Shown here in pieces: positions 24,485-37,658 of a DNA stretch of 64,000 nt. Source of the stretch: Gracilinanus agilis (lineage: Eukaryota); NCBI RefSeq assembly GCF_016433145.1, contig NC_058135.1:227010483-227074482 (forward strand). The letters are read 5' to 3'. Each line of letters begins with the position of its first letter. The stretch's first letter is position 1. Under the pieces are notes generated by a model, which saw nothing but the letters and a program-made list of their open reading frames with translations, was not told the DNA's origin and made no database searches. A program made the position numbers and the translations under genes.

Positions 24485-25831
24485 GGCACTGAGTGTTCGG
24501 AACAGCTCCCCTTGCATCAGAAGACTTGGATCTCATGTTCTGAGGAGCAGAGCTTATCTTTCTGGGAACCTCTTGAGTTGGGGCCCACCCCAGGTCCCCC
24601 CCCAACACCAGAACTCTCTTCACATAGCCCCCAACACTTTGTCTTACCTCACCCTTGTCTAGATTCAGCTCCTAATAGTTATCCCTGTCTTTCTATGTGG
24701 GAGAGTTCCCAGATTTCTTTAGAAACATCCAGTCCATTGAGTCCACATCCTTCTCTAGATATGTACTTATGGGGAAGTTCTCAGGCACCTCTAACTTCAC
24801 AGCCCGCTTACAGATCTCCTCAACGAAGTCCCCAAACCTCTTTACGTCCCCAGGGGGGTGGGGACACCCAAGACCAAATGGAGGAGACAAATTTACCTTC
24901 CCCCTACTACCTATCCGTTCCTCTTCCACCATTCCTGGCTAGTCCTCCCTGGGGCCTCCCAAAATCCCGGTCTCTTCCAACTCAGGTACCTTCACTAAGC
25001 CCCACTTTGTTACCTGCTGCCTCAGCCAAGTTCATGCGCTTACAGCTGGGACGGTCATACCTAGCACCAGGTCTGGTGTATGATAAAATGGGGCAAATCA
25101 TAGCCATGGATCCACTGGATCCTACCCATCTTCCCCAGCACCAAATTCAACCCCTGGCCAAAGTTGTGGTCCCTGATGCAGAAGTCCACCCACTGGAGTC
25201 CTACAAGGAACAAAGGAAGCATGTAAAGTATGGGAAAAAGTTCAATTTCAAGCTACCTACCCACCGCCGCCCCATACCCCACTTCCATCGTGGTTTCCAT
25301 TTCCCGAGCCCAGGCCTTCCCTTCCTAACCCCTGTCTTAGAACTCCAGAACCGACACTTCACTCCAAAGCATTTGCCTAATATCCAATGGCCTAGTGGGT
25401 TGGAGGGGAAAACAGATCTGTTGCAGATGCAGCCAGTGGGTTCAAGTCGGATGCCAAAGATGGAGTCAGGAAAAAGGCCAACTTCTGAGCTGATGAGTAC
25501 ACTTCCTCACCATGGTACAAAAGTCCTTGATGCTACCTCCCAGCTGATGTGGAAACCTTCATCCCTGCTGGACACAATGAAGCTGATGCCTAATGTGAGC
25601 CTCTGGAATCCAAGCAAAAACACTCATCGAAGTGGTTTTATTCCTTCTCGCAGAGAGAGAGAAAAAACCCTTGGTCCACTGACTGAGGAACCTTCTGAGC
25701 AGCGACCCATCCAGACCCATGCACTTAACCCTCAGGTCACGGTGGCTCAGCTGCTGAAGGGCTCCCCACCCAAAGTTCGGGCCCTTCCTTCTCAGGAGAC
25801 CCTCAACACCACCCTCCCTGAGGAAGCCTGA
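24485..25831 (+). CDS. C2orf81: C2orf81 orthologue last exon (Pro/Ser-rich)
   Basis: CAG acceptor in frame with the 439-aa ORF; WPSGLEGK and PQVTVAQL motifs; AATAAA at 25912. Acceptor position less certain. Confidence 0.85.
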   Translation, partial: GTECSEQLPLHQKTWISCSEEQSLSFWEPLELGPTPGPPPTPELSSHSPQHFVLPHPCLDSAPNSYPCLSMWESSQISLETSSPLSPHPSLDMYLWGSSQAPLTSQPAYRSPQRSPQTSLRPQGGGDTQDQMEETNLPSPYYLSVPLPPFLASPPWGLPKSRSLPTQVPSLSPTLLPAASAKFMRLQLGRSYLAPGLVYDKMGQIIAMDPLDPTHLPQHQIQPLAKVVVPDAEVHPLESYKEQRKHVKYGKKFNFKLPTHRRPIPHFHRGFHFPSPGLPFLTPVLELQNRHFTPKHLPNIQWPSGLEGKTDLLQMQPVGSSRMPKMESGKRPTSELMSTLPHHGTKVLDATSQLMWKPSSLLDTMKLMPNVSLWNPSKNTHRSGFIPSRREREKTLGPLTEEPSEQRPIQTHALNPQVTVAQLLKGSPPKVRALPSQETLNTTLPEEA

Positions 25832-26569
25832 GTGAAGAAAGTTCTATATGGCATTCCGATCCCATCCAATAATATCCTGACAACCAAATTCCCCTTTGCT
25901 TGCCTCCCAACAATAAATATTTGTGGGGCCCTAGATGTTAGGCTTATATATCCCTGCCCATTAATTTTTATAATTAGTCCAAAAGAAGGTCACCCTTTCA
26001 TGTCCAAAGCCCCTCTAACAAGGACATTTCCCCCCCCACTTCCTGACTTTAGGCATCCTCCATTCAGATGGAGGAGACATTCCCTCCCTTCCAAGGACCC
26101 TCTAAATGAATGCTGGTACATAGAGTCTCTTCTCTCAGAGAGAAAGGGAATATCCCAAATTGGGATATGTAGAGAGTGTATTAGAAATCTTGGGTCCAGA
26201 TGTAAGTATTAGTAGGTATGGTATTGTCAGAGATTAAGGATTCTTTTGAAATCATTCCACCACACAATGTGCTAGTCCTGTGGGCTGTGAAATGATGACA
26301 GGTTTCTGAAGAAGGAGACACCCATCACTATCTTTCCATACAACCATGAGCATCCTGAAGACCAAGAGAAGTGCTCACACTTCTAGGGAACTCCCAGACT
26401 GAATCAGAGACACCCCTACCTATGGGGAAACCCTTGTTTTGACAAAGAATCAAAACTTTTGTCTGAAAATACCTCAGAGGCCATCCAAGCAAGTCTATCA
26501 AAACAAGAGTCCCCTTAAACTCTCTATTAGGGGATGTTAAAGTTGATTCATCCTTTATTTGAAGACCTG

Positions 26570-27430
26570 TATGGAAAAGAAAATCCAACTGAGTCGTTCC
26601 ACTTTGTAATCTGAGCAATGTTAAGAACTTTTTCTTCACAGCAAGCCAAAATCTTCCAATGCAATTTTCACTTGTTGGTCATAGTTCTATCCTTTGAAGT
26701 CAAGAACAAGTCAATTGGCTCTTCTACATTGGAAGTCTTTCAAAACATGAAAAATGATATAGTGTGTTTCCTTCAATTATTCCTTATACAGTATGAACTT
26801 TACCATTCTGCATTGTCTGGTTCTAGATACATTCTAGCTTGAGAATATGTTTTCTAATATGTAGAACCTAGAACTGGATTTCAAAACATGGTCTGACCAA
26901 GGCAAGTAGATTCTCACTATATCTATTCTTGGTAAATCCACTCTGACAACATACATGGAGAGGAATTGTTATTTTATCATCTTTTCTCCAATATTGCTGT
27001 AATTTGTGGTTTTTTCATTCAGCTTTATGAATTTATAACTATTAAATTTCCTCTTAATAGACTTGTTCCATCATTCTAGCTGTGGAGATCTTTTTTTTGG
27101 ATTTAGATTTGGACATCAAATTTGTTATATCCTCCCTTCTCACCTCTGTATCATCTGTAAATTTGATCAGCATAGTGCCTTGTATATAATAAATGCTTAA
27201 TATCTGTCAAATTGATGTCATAATCCAAAACACTGATAATATTATCCAACACAGAGCCAAATACAATTCCCTAGAGCATTTCACTAAAAGTCCTCACCAA
27301 GTAGACAGCCTATCAGTGACTGTATTTTGGACCCAATCATTGTTATTCTGGCAACAAAATTAAGAGCCTATCACACCTCTTAATTTTGTTGCCAGAATAA
27401 CAATATGCTTTGTCAAATACTTTGCTGAAA
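26570..27430 (-). mobile_element. Ancient CR1/L3 LINE fragment
   Basis: Degraded GGTCATAGTTCTATCC block and reverse complement of the DFSK-x-FDK RT motif near 27410-27430. Confidence 0.55.
27339..27404. repeat. Perfect 28-bp inverted repeat, 10-nt loop
   Basis: 27339-27366 is the exact reverse complement of 27377-27404. Confidence 0.95.
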
Positions 27431-27494
27431 TCAAGTATATTATACTATATGAATATAAGCATTCCCCTTATCCTCCCACTTCTTTTGTAGTGCC

Positions 27495-28200
27495 TTTTTT
27501 ATTTTTTACAGTTTTATATTATTTTAAAGTATTTTCCATGGTTACAATTCCCTTGTGTTATACATATATTATTACTCAATATCTATTTCCACATTATTCA
27601 TTTTTGTAATAGAGTAATCTTTTAAAACCTAAATCCCAAATCATATCCCAGTGTAAACAAGTGATACATCATATGTTTTTCTTCTGTGTTTCTGCTCCCA
27701 CAGTTCTTTCTCTAGATGTGGATAGCTTTCTTTCTCATAAGTCCCTCGGAATTGTCCTAGGTCATTGCATTGCTATTAGCAGCAAAGTCGATTACATGAT
27801 GTAATCTTTCCATAACGTTTCAGTTTCTGTGTACAATGTTCTCCTGGTTCTGTTCATTTCACTCCACATCAGTTCATGGAGGTCTTTCCAGTTCATATAG
27901 AAATCAAGCAGTTCCATCACCACCAATGTTCCATCACCACCATATGCCACAATTTGTTTAGCCATTCCCCAATTGAAGGATATACTCATTTTCTAATTTT
28001 TTGCCCCCACAAAAGTGCAATTATAAATATTTTTGTACAACCATTTTTTATTATCTCTTTGGGGCACAAACCTAGTAGTGATATTACTAGATTAAAGGAC
28101 AGATATTCTTTTAAAGTCCTTTGGACATAATTCCAAATTACCTTCCAGAATGGTTGGATCAATTTGCAACAGTAGTGGTAATCCTGGATCAAAAGGCATA
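27495..28200 (-). mobile_element. L1 3' fragment (ORF2 C-terminus and 3'UTR)
   Basis: Minus ORF LIQPFWKVIW...LLGLCPKE typical of L1 ORF2 end; T-rich tail. Confidence 0.8.
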
Positions 28201-28941
28201 CAGTCTTTTAAAGCCCTTTGTAGTGCCTTCTTTATTGAGATTAGTGAGACTCTGTTGTAATCATGTGTATAAATGCAAACTTTAAAGCACTATATAAATG
28301 TCAATCATTGGTTTTTCTGAAATTTGGCACTACTTCCATTTCCAAAACCAACTTTCATTGCTTTTAGCTCAGCAATCACATCTGCCAAATACTTTTTCCT
28401 AGCCTGATGATTTGAATTTATTTGGGGCAATACGCTGCTCTCTTCCTATCTAATGGGTCAGTTGTCCTCAGAGCTAGGAAGACCTGGGATTTGCAAGTCC
28501 TCCTGACATACAGTAGTTGTATGATACTGTAGAAATCACTTTTTTCAGTGTTCTAGTCAATTCTCTAAGCCTACAAGTTGCTTGAAGGGTGCTGACCTTT
28601 ATTGAAAGAGTTCCCTTATTTAAGAACCTCCTATGCTAATTAAATCGCTGGTCCAGTCCCTGTCCTTAACCTTTCATCTCTCTTGACAGTTCTTGGCAAA
28701 GAAAATAGAAGCAAAACAACTTGTTCTGCCTTTTCTCCACTATCCATTACCATTGTTTGATCTACCCTGCAATGTTCCTATCTCTTCTCCTACTCTTTTC
28801 CTCAATAGAAAATCCTTTTCCTTTATTCTTAGCTTTCCTCACCAACTTTGGGTATTTCTGAGTTTTAGGAATCCTGAGAGAATTCTTAAAAGAATGAGTC
28901 TTGCTTTTATGTTATCTTCCTTTACCTCCATTTTCTGTGTA

Positions 28942-28949
<8 letters not shown>

Positions 28950-28994
<45 letters not shown>
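28950..28994. repeat. (TA)n microsatellite
   Basis: Read directly. Confidence 0.95.
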
Positions 28995-28996
<2 letters not shown>

Positions 28997-31055
28997 TGAA
29001 AAATCTGATTTGTTCAGTAAGTTCCTTTGTATGCAACATTGATATCTAAACAACTCCTTTTCTTCGCAGGAAATGTTTCATGTTCTGATTTCATTGTTGG
29101 AGTGAACAGACCCCCTAATCTGATTTTCCCTTAAGGTTTTAAGTCCATGTGACTCAAGTCATCTTTACTTTCTTTTTTTTAATTCAATTATATTTCCCTT
29201 CCAGTTACAAATTCAACCACTGAGAAGAAAAACAAAATCTATTGCAAATATGTATAGTCAGACAAAACAAATTATCACCTAATTGTGCAGGAAAAAAAGG
29301 AAAGTATGTGTTTGAATTCTGAATATCTCTGTCTGAAGGTTGTTAGTATGTTTCATCATGAGTCCTTTGGACTTGTCATTGGTGATCGTGTTATTCAGAA
29401 TTACTAAAATTAATTATCTTTATGATATTGTTATTGTATATATTGTTTTCCTTGTTCTTGTCACTCCATTTTGCATCAGCTCGTATGTCTTCTTAGGTTT
29501 CTCTGAAACCATTTCCATCATTTCTTACAGCACAATATTATTCCATCATATATAACTGGCTCGTTCATTCCCAGTTGTTGGGCACCCCCTCAGCTTCCAG
29601 TTCTTTGTCATCACAAAAAGAACTGCTGTAAATATTTCTATACCAATAGATCCTTTTCCTCTTTATTTGATTTTTTTCTTGTGGTATAGACCCAGGAGTG
29701 GTATTGGATCAAAGGTACACTTGAATAGCTTTTGAAGTATAATTCCAAATTGTTTTCTGGAATGGTTAGATTAGTCTAACCTGTCTTTTCTCTGAATCCT
29801 TTGATAACTGCTCTCCAAAAACATGTACTGCATCTCAGGGTACATGGTTTTACTATCACCAATTCTCCATTTCTGTTTTAGTCACTAGTTTCTTTTGGGG
29901 GGGTAGATTATAAATTTGTTCACTGCTTCCATGTTTGGAGAGGGAAATTACCATCAAGACAAACCAAGACGTTTTTTGTTGCTCTGCTTTTGGCAGAAAA
30001 AGCACTTCAAATATCTAGGTAATTGGAGAGTTTAAGACTATGCCACTATGTTGAATTCATCCTCCTTTATCAGTCCTTGCTTAAGAAACAACAACTGTGG
30101 GACTCCAGGCGTGTGATCTGCATCAGTGCAGGGAACTCTCAATATGTAAATTCCCTCTACCCAATCATATTAGCAATTTGGCGACTTCATAACTTGACTT
30201 AAAAAAATGGCCTGTGGCTATTGAGAAGGTAAGTGACTTATGGTCATATAGTGAATATCTACCAGTGGTAGTACTTGATCCCAGGTCTTCCTGACTCATA
30301 AGACCAACACCCTATCCTCTATGTTGTCATCTTCTCTGAAAGAGACTTATTTGACATTATTGAACCTCCACCTGTACTCCTTTGGCTCAAGTGTTGCTTT
30401 AGTTATAGGTGATATACCTAAGTGGTGAACTGGATAGAGTTCAGCTTATGGATGGAGGAAACTTGATTTTGAATGTGGCCTCGAAAACTAGAGGCATAAC
30501 TCTAAGTAAGGCACCTGACTTCTCTATGCCTTGGTTTCCTTCTCTAAAAAATAGAGATAGCACCTTGCAAGGTTTTGGGGGAGAATCAAATAAGCATCTT
30601 GAAGGTGCTATATGAATGTGAGCTATTAGCTATAGGATAGCTTGCTGCCATAGACATTTTTCCCTCAAGAGAATTTAATGTCTGAGTTGGGTACACCAGA
30701 TGGTGCTCTAATTGAGCAGACTGCCCAGTGAGCTTGTGTGTTGCTTATGTGGAAGTCTTCCTAAAGGCTGTTGTATCCCTCTTTGCCACCAGGTGGTGGT
30801 CAGCCTGAAAATGCCCACACTGGTCTCCCCTCTGCTCCAGCAATGCTTGGCAGGCAAAGCTAAGCAATTTGAACCAACCTTGGCTCACTATACCTGAAAT
30901 CAATCTAGAGAATGAAATGAATGAAGTAACTGCATAAAACATTAAAATAGGAAAATTACAGTCTGAAATGAGTTTGTGATGCCTGTCCCTCCCCTCCCCA
31001 CTCCTACTTCATCTGGTCTCTCCCCTCTGTAGTCAGGCTTGGATATTTACCTTGC

Positions 31056-31761
31056 TGTGATTTCATAATTTATTGTATATAAATAGAAAGAAAATAAATG
31101 AACTCCTCATATAAAGGCATGCACCTCTAGCCATTTCCTAACCTATCCCCTGGTTATCCCAAATCTTTAGATGTGGCAGAGAGGACAAATGTCTGAGATT
31201 CATGGAGAAGGAAAGGAGGAAGGAGTTTCCCAAACTCACTTTTAGGATCAGACTAGAAAAAAGGGAGAAGGGAGAAGGGAAGAGATGAGAGAAATCAATC
31301 TCTTATAGCTTTTCAGCCAAATGAGATTCACAGAAACCTGTCATTTTAGCAGCTTAGGATCTTCTTTCCCTGAGGACACCATTAGTCTCACTCTCAGGAT
31401 CGGGACTTTTCCCATAGTGCTAGCTGGGGTTGTCTCTATACTTCCCATTGTATTACCAGTCATGACTTCATGCCTTACCTTCATGGTAACGGGAAGGTTC
31501 AAATCCAAAGGAAGCTGAATGAAGAGGAGCCTACCCTGGATCCTGATTTGTACAGATCTCATCTGTTTTCCCATGAGGGAACCTGCCCCTCTTACACATG
31601 AGAACCCACCATGATCTCCATTGGAAGGATGAGAGGTGATTACCCTTTCATAAGCCAAGATCATCCCAAACCACCCAGTCTTGCCAGCAAACATTACTCC
31701 GGGAACAGGTGTAAACAACTCGTAGAGATAAGGATAGGCAAAACTAGAGGTTATATCCACA
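31056..31761 (-). mobile_element. Possible solo LTR
   Basis: TG/CA ends, minus-strand TATA-like and AATAAA in the right order; no TSD found. Confidence 0.35.
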
Positions 31762-32340
31762 CACACACCACCCTTTAATAATCTAAATTGGTTGATGTGC
31801 TGATTTCACCCTATGTATATACACTAGGTATAGCCCTTGTCTGAAGAGAGGCCTTTAGCCACAGGGAGCCCTTCTTCTTGGGGAAGAAAGAGCCCAACCC
31901 TCAGAGAACCCCCATTTGGAAGAAGGGTCTGTCCTTACCTTCAGGGAAGTTCTGTCTGTTAGGAAGTTGAACCTTTAGGAAGGTTCCAGTAGAGGGCAGG
32001 AGGCATCAACAATAGAACAAAAGCCAAGCCAAAATGGGAAGAAAGATCTGGGTTATTGTTAGATTGAGGCACAGGAACCAGCAACAATCTATGAAAAAGT
32101 TATATAGACAGTGGTATAGTAGGAAAAATAATCCTTAACCATTGCCATTTCTTCTGTACCACCTCAGACCAACTGAGAGGAGAAGCAGGTGGCAAAGAAC
32201 AATCCAACCCTGGCTGCCATTCCTATGCTGCACACGAATCATTGTAACATTTGTTGGTTCACTCCGATATTAAATCACATGACCATTCACATGGATTTTG
32301 TCTCCTCTTTTGAGTCAGTTCAAGATTGAAGATGAAGAGA

Positions 32341-32548
32341 GGGGCAGCTGGGTAGCTCAGTGGATTGAGAGTCATGCCTAGGGACAGGAGGTCCTAGGTT
32401 CAAATCCGGCCTCAGACACTTCCCAGCTGTGTGACCCTGGGCAAGTCACTTGACCCCCCATTGCCCACCCTTATCACTCTTCCACCAAGGAGTCAATACA
32501 CAGAAGTTAAGGGTTTAAAAAAACAAAACAACAACAACAATAACAAAA
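32341..32548 (+). mobile_element. Young opossum-type SINE1 with 13-bp TSD GAAGATGAAGAGA
   Basis: TSD at 32328-32340 and 32549-32561. Confidence 0.9.
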
Positions 32549-32940
32549 GAAGATGAAGAGAGCCAACCCATGGGGCTCACTTTGAGTAGAGGAGTAAAAA
32601 AAAAAAATGTAATTTTGGTCATTTCTGAGTATAGTTACCAAGAAGAGATGAGACTATAAATTGGGTGGGGGGGTGGTGGTATTGGCTCTGATTGACATTA
32701 CTCACAGCTTAGCCTAACACCCTACACATGACCTCACAGTGTGGGAAATGCCAGGTTCATTCTTCTGCTTGGTGCTGTCTTTTGGAACACCTTTTGGATC
32801 AATTGGTCTTAGCCAAATTATTTCAAATATTGCTTTGTCCTAGATACTCCATTCTCTTGCCAGGCTACAAACTCCTCCCCCTCCACATAAAGGGAGTGAG
32901 AAGGAAGGACAAAGGCTTAGTTAGATCTCCACCCAGTTTC

Positions 32941-33133
32941 ATGGAACCATTGGCAATGCTGGACTTGGAGGCCTGGAATCTAGGCAGTTATACTTTCTAT
33001 GTCCTTCCTTTCCTCTTCCTCTTCCTCTTGCTAGTTGTGAGGCTGGATGGATTGGGGTCAAATATTTGGACTCTCCAGAGTTGTCCTATAGACTTAACTG
33101 GGAAGACTGCTGTGGTCACTGGAGCCAACTCAG
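32941..33133 (+). CDS. RDH11/12-like SDR exon 1 (signal anchor + TGANSG)
   Basis: Hydrophobic YVLPFLFLFLLLVV then DLTGKTAVVTGANS; GTGAG donor, phase 1. Start ATG could be 32941 or 32956. Confidence 0.85.
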
Positions 33134-33382
33134 GTGAGAACTCTCTCCCACTGCCTGGGGTCCTATTTCTCTCTTTCCCTTCCCAGGCTCCTCATCCCTC
33201 TTCTAAACAGTATTCTCATTCCTTTTCCTAACATACACCCCATACCATATACATAGAACCACACACACATCCTTTTTCCTTTCTAGGTTTTCCATTCTTT
33301 TCATCTTTCTACATATGTAAAGGTCCCCATTTTCCCTCTTTCCAGGGTCTCTCTCTTTCTCATCACTGCTCTAACCTAAGAG

Positions 33383-33588
33383 CAGGGATCAGCAACGTAT
33401 GGCTCTTGAGCCATATCTGGCTCTTTTGAGGGCCAGATATGGCTCTTTCTGCAGGAGCCATAAAGTCAATTTTTTTTTCAGGCACTGTTACAGGAGTCCA
33501 CTGTGAGCACTGTACGGCTCTCACGAAATTACATTTTAAAAAATGTGGCATTTATGGCTCTCACAGCCAAAAAGGTTGCCAACCCCTG
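33383..33588. mobile_element. hAT-type MITE, 8-bp TSD CCTAAGAG
   Basis: TIRs CAGGGATCAGCAAC / GTTGCCAACCCCTG; TSD 33375-33382 and 33589-33596. Confidence 0.88.
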
Positions 33589-34489
33589 CCTAAGAGCTTC
33601 GTCTTCTCTTCATCTTATCACCACCACTTCCCATAACCCAGCCTAGAGTCTCCATCCTTTCTTTCCTCATTCATATTTGTTAATTATCTGCTTTGTGCAG
33701 ATACTCTCGTTTAAATGAGAAAAATTCTCTGTATTCAGGGAACTCAGTCTAACCTAAGGTTAAGACACATGAACAAATATCTAATACATAGTGATACACA
33801 CACATACACACACACACACATATTCTTTAGAGAGGTGCAAAATAAAGTGATATTTGAGGAAAGCTAAAGAAGACTTCTTGGAAGAGGTTATATTTAAGTT
33901 AAACTTTAAAAGTTTGAGTATAAGTTCAATAAAGGAGAGAGATTATTCCACAAGTAAAGAATAATATATGCAAAGGTTTAAGAGAGAGCGGGACATTTAA
34001 CAACTAGGCGGTGACATGGTACACAGAGTGCTGGACCTGGAGTCAGGAAAACCTGAGTTCAAACCCAGCCTCTGATGCTTCCTAGCTATGTGATCCTGGG
34101 CAGATCACTTAACTTTTGTTTGCCTCAGTCTCATCCACCTCAAAAAGAGGATAATAGCACCTACCTCCCAAAATGGTTGTGAGGATCAGATGGGATAATA
34201 TTTGTAGTGTTTTGCTACCATTAAAGTTAAATGCTAGCTGCTATTATGCTTTTTTTTTCAGTCATGTCTGACTCTTCATAACACTATTTAGGATTTTCTT
34301 GGCAAAGATACTAGAGCATTTTGTCATTTCCTTCTTCAGTTCAATTTACAGAGAAGCAAACTAAGGCAAACAGGGTTAAGTGACTAGCCCAGGCTTGAAC
34401 TCATGAAGATGAGTCTTCTTTACTTTTGGCTTGGAGTTCTATCCACTATGTGTCCATTATTTCCCCCCCTTCAATAGTATTTTAAAAAA

Positions 34490-35430
34490 ATGTTTTTTAT
34501 TGATTAATTAATTTAGAATATTTTTTTCATGGTTACATGATTCATCTTCTTTCCCTCCCTTCCACTCTCCCCCTCCCAGAGTCAATGAGTAATTCCACTG
34601 GGTTTTACATGCATTGTTCAAAACCTATTTCCATATCATTAATATTTGCAGTAGAGTGATCCTTTAGAGTCAGCATCCCCAATCATATCCCTGTTGAACC
34701 ATGTGACCAATCATTTTTTTTTCTTCTGTGTTCCTGCTCTCTGTGTCCATTATTATTGTTAATTATTATTATTACAGAGGCAAACATGCTCCCAGTTTTT
34801 TTTTAACATTTATTAATATACATTTTTAACATGGTTGCCTGATTCATACTCCTCTTATCCCCTTCACCCCCCCCCCCCCCCGCACTTCCNNNNNNNNNNN
34901 NNNNNNNATTAATATTCATTTTTAACATGGTTACATGATTCATGCTCCTACTTTCCCCTTCACCACCCCCCCCCCCCCGCACTTCCCCCACCCATGGCTG
35001 ATGCGCATTTCCACTAGTTTTGTCATGTGTCCTTGATCAAGACCAATTTCCAAATTGTTGGTAGTTGCATTGGTGTGGTAGTTTCGAGTCCACACCCTCA
35101 ATCACGTCCACCCCGACCCATGTGTTCAAGCAGTTGTTTTTCTTATATGTTTCCTCTCCTGCAGTCCTTCCTCTGAATGTGGGTAGCATCTTTACCATAA
35201 ATCCCTCGGAATTGTCCTGGGTCATTGCATTACTGCTGGTACAGAGGTCCATTACATTCAGTTTTACCACAGTATATCAGTCTCTGTGTACAGTGTTCTT
35301 CTGGCTCTGCTCCTTTCGCTCTGCATCAGTTCCCGGAGGTCTCTCCAGTTCGCCTGGAACTTCTCCAGTTTATTATTCCTTTTAGCACAATAGTATTCCA
35401 TCACCCGCATATACCACAGTTTGTTCAGCC
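34490..35430 (-). mobile_element. L1 3' fragments spanning an 18-N gap (34890-34907)
   Basis: L1 3'UTR/ORF2-end similarity (LNKLWYMRVMEYY in minus ORF). Confidence 0.75.
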
Positions 35431-35944
35431 ATGCTCCCAGTTTTGCTGAAGTATAGAATACATGAAAAGAAATCATGTGAAATAAAGCTGGAAAGATAGA
35501 GTAGTGCTTGGTTAATGGAAGAATTTTAAGGTAATGGGAGGGGTGCTGAAAATGTTTGGCATTTAGGGACATGGATAATAAAGATTATTCTGACTCCTTG
35601 TGAAGAATGGATCAGAAGTAGGAGAAAACAGAAGCAAGAAGCTCAATAAGGAAACCATTACACTAGTCCAGGAGAGTGATAATAAAGACTTGACAGGGAT
35701 GGCAATGTACATCTTGTCTATCACTATCTCGGTCCTCACTATTAGACTTAAACTACACAGGAGCAGGAACTAGATCTGATCTAAATTTTATCTGTCTTCT
35801 AATGCCCCACATAGAGTTCTGTGTAATTAATGTTTGCTGTATTGTTCAATATGAGGAAAGGAAGGGGCCATCAACTCAGTTCTAGCTTCTTCTCGACATT
35901 CCTTCCCTCCTCCAACTTCTAACCCTATGTCTCCTATGACCCAG

Positions 35945-36184
35945 GGATAGGGAAGGCTGTATCCTGTGAGCTGGCCCGACGTGGGGCCCGTGTAGTCCTT
36001 GCCTGCCGGAACCTGAGCCAAGGGCAAAAGGCTCTGTCAGACATCCAGAAAGCCACTGGGAGTAAGGAACTGCTGCTTCGAGAAGTAGACCTCAGTTCTC
36101 TGGCCTCCATCTACAATTTTTCCCAGAAGCTTCTTCAAGAGGAACCCCATATCCACCTGCTGGTCAACAATGCTGGGGCCACTG
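35945..36184 (+). CDS. SDR exon 2 (GIGKAVSCELARRGARVVLACRN...LLVNNAG)
   Basis: CAG/GT, 240 nt, no stops; completes TGxxxGIG and contains NNAG. Confidence 0.93.
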
Positions 36185-36327
36185 GTACATTTCTCCATAC
36201 CTCAGAGATTGAACCCTAACCCTAACCTTACTCAATCTAACCCTTTTCACCCTTAGCTGCAATACTTCAACTTTAGTGTCCCATCTCACCTCCTGGGTGT
36301 GGTATTCATAAATCTCATCTGAGTTCA

Positions 36328-36510
36328 GGGGCAGCTGGGTAGCTCAGTGGATTGAGAGTCAGGCCTAGAGACGGGAGGTTCTAGGTTCAAATCTGGCCTC
36401 AGACACTTCCCAGCTGTGTGACTCTGGGCAAGTCACTTGACCCCCATTGCCCACCCTTACCACTCTTCTAACTAGGAGCCAATACACAGAAGTTAAGGGT
36501 TTAAAATAAA
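36328..36510 (+). mobile_element. Young opossum-type SINE1
   Basis: Near-identical to the copy at 32341. Confidence 0.9.
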
Positions 36511-36628
36511 GATTTTTTAAAATTTCATCTGACTTCTCCAATATATATCATTTTCACCTACTTATATATTATTCAACTTGTAGATTTTGTGATTCTTGTA
36601 ACCCTTTTGTATTTTCATTTTCTTCCAG

Positions 36629-36721
36629 GGCTGCCCCCAAGGAAACTTACCTCAGATGGCCTAGAGTTGACTTTTGTGACCAACTACCTTGGGCACTTTC
36701 TTCTCACAAACTTGTTGCTAA
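36629..36721 (+). CDS. SDR exon 3 (LTSDGLELTFVTNYLGHFLLTNLLL)
   Basis: CAG/GTAAG, 93 nt; RDH11-14-like NxLGHFLLT motif. Confidence 0.93.
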
Positions 36722-36809
36722 GTAAGGACGAAGTGTACTACTTTCTCATTTTCTTCTCTCTTCCCAAACCTTTATTCTCTGTAAACAAGGCCATCCTTCA
36801 TAAAATCTG

Positions 36810-37250
36810 GAAGGGACTCAAAGATCATCTAGTAAATCATTACCTAAACAGAAATCTCTCTTACATAATTCCACTTCCAATCTCTGCCTGATGTGCTCCA
36901 ATGTTAGGAAATTCACCATCATCAAGAAGAGTCATATTCTACTTGTGGATAACTCTGATTATTAGAAAATTTCTTTATACTGTACAGGGAGGAAATGTGC
37001 CTCCCTGTTATGTTCTTCTCTTGTTCTTAGTTCTGTCCTCTGGGACCAAGGAGAATGAGCCTAATCTCTCATCCAAATGGCAGGGTTTCAGGTACTTAAA
37101 GATTAGTTGTGATTATCCCCTGGTAAGTGTTCTCTTCTCCAGACTAAATAGTCCCCAGTTCTTTGAACAGCCCATTCTCCAGCCTCCTTACCATTCATTC
37201 CATTTGTCACCTGGATATATTTCATCTTGCCCATCCCTTTCTTAATACGT
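36810..37250 (-). mobile_element. Ancient CR1/L3 fragment
   Basis: TAGTTCTGTCCTCTGGG...CTCTTCTCCAGACTAAA block. Confidence 0.6.
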
Positions 37251-37658
37251 GGCTTCTATAATTATTTCCTCTAGAGCTCTCACTTCACTTAAAATACCAT
37301 TTTGAATTCTTCATTTCTTCTAGGAATTCTATAGAACTTGTGGGGAAACTGCAGTTTTGTCAGATTCACTTTGGGATAATTTTTTGTAGATTCATATTTC
37401 TTTATGATTTGCATATACACATATGCACATACAAATATACATGCATGTATATTTCTATATACACATGTGGGTCTACATGCATGTGCATGCATGTACATCT
37501 ACACATATGTGGGTTTTAATTCATTTTTCCAACTTTATTCCTTAATTTGGACTTTGTGTCTAGGCCAGGTCTTTTATACTTCTGAAAAGAATGGGGGGGG
37601 GTCCTGTTTGGTCTTGTTATAAACAAAGGGGATCCTAAGAGATATAGATGTACAATGA

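Noticed and set aside
32341-32420. tRNA-like A/B boxes (here and in other SINE heads)
   Set aside because: These are SINE pol III heads with tails and TSDs, not tRNA genes.
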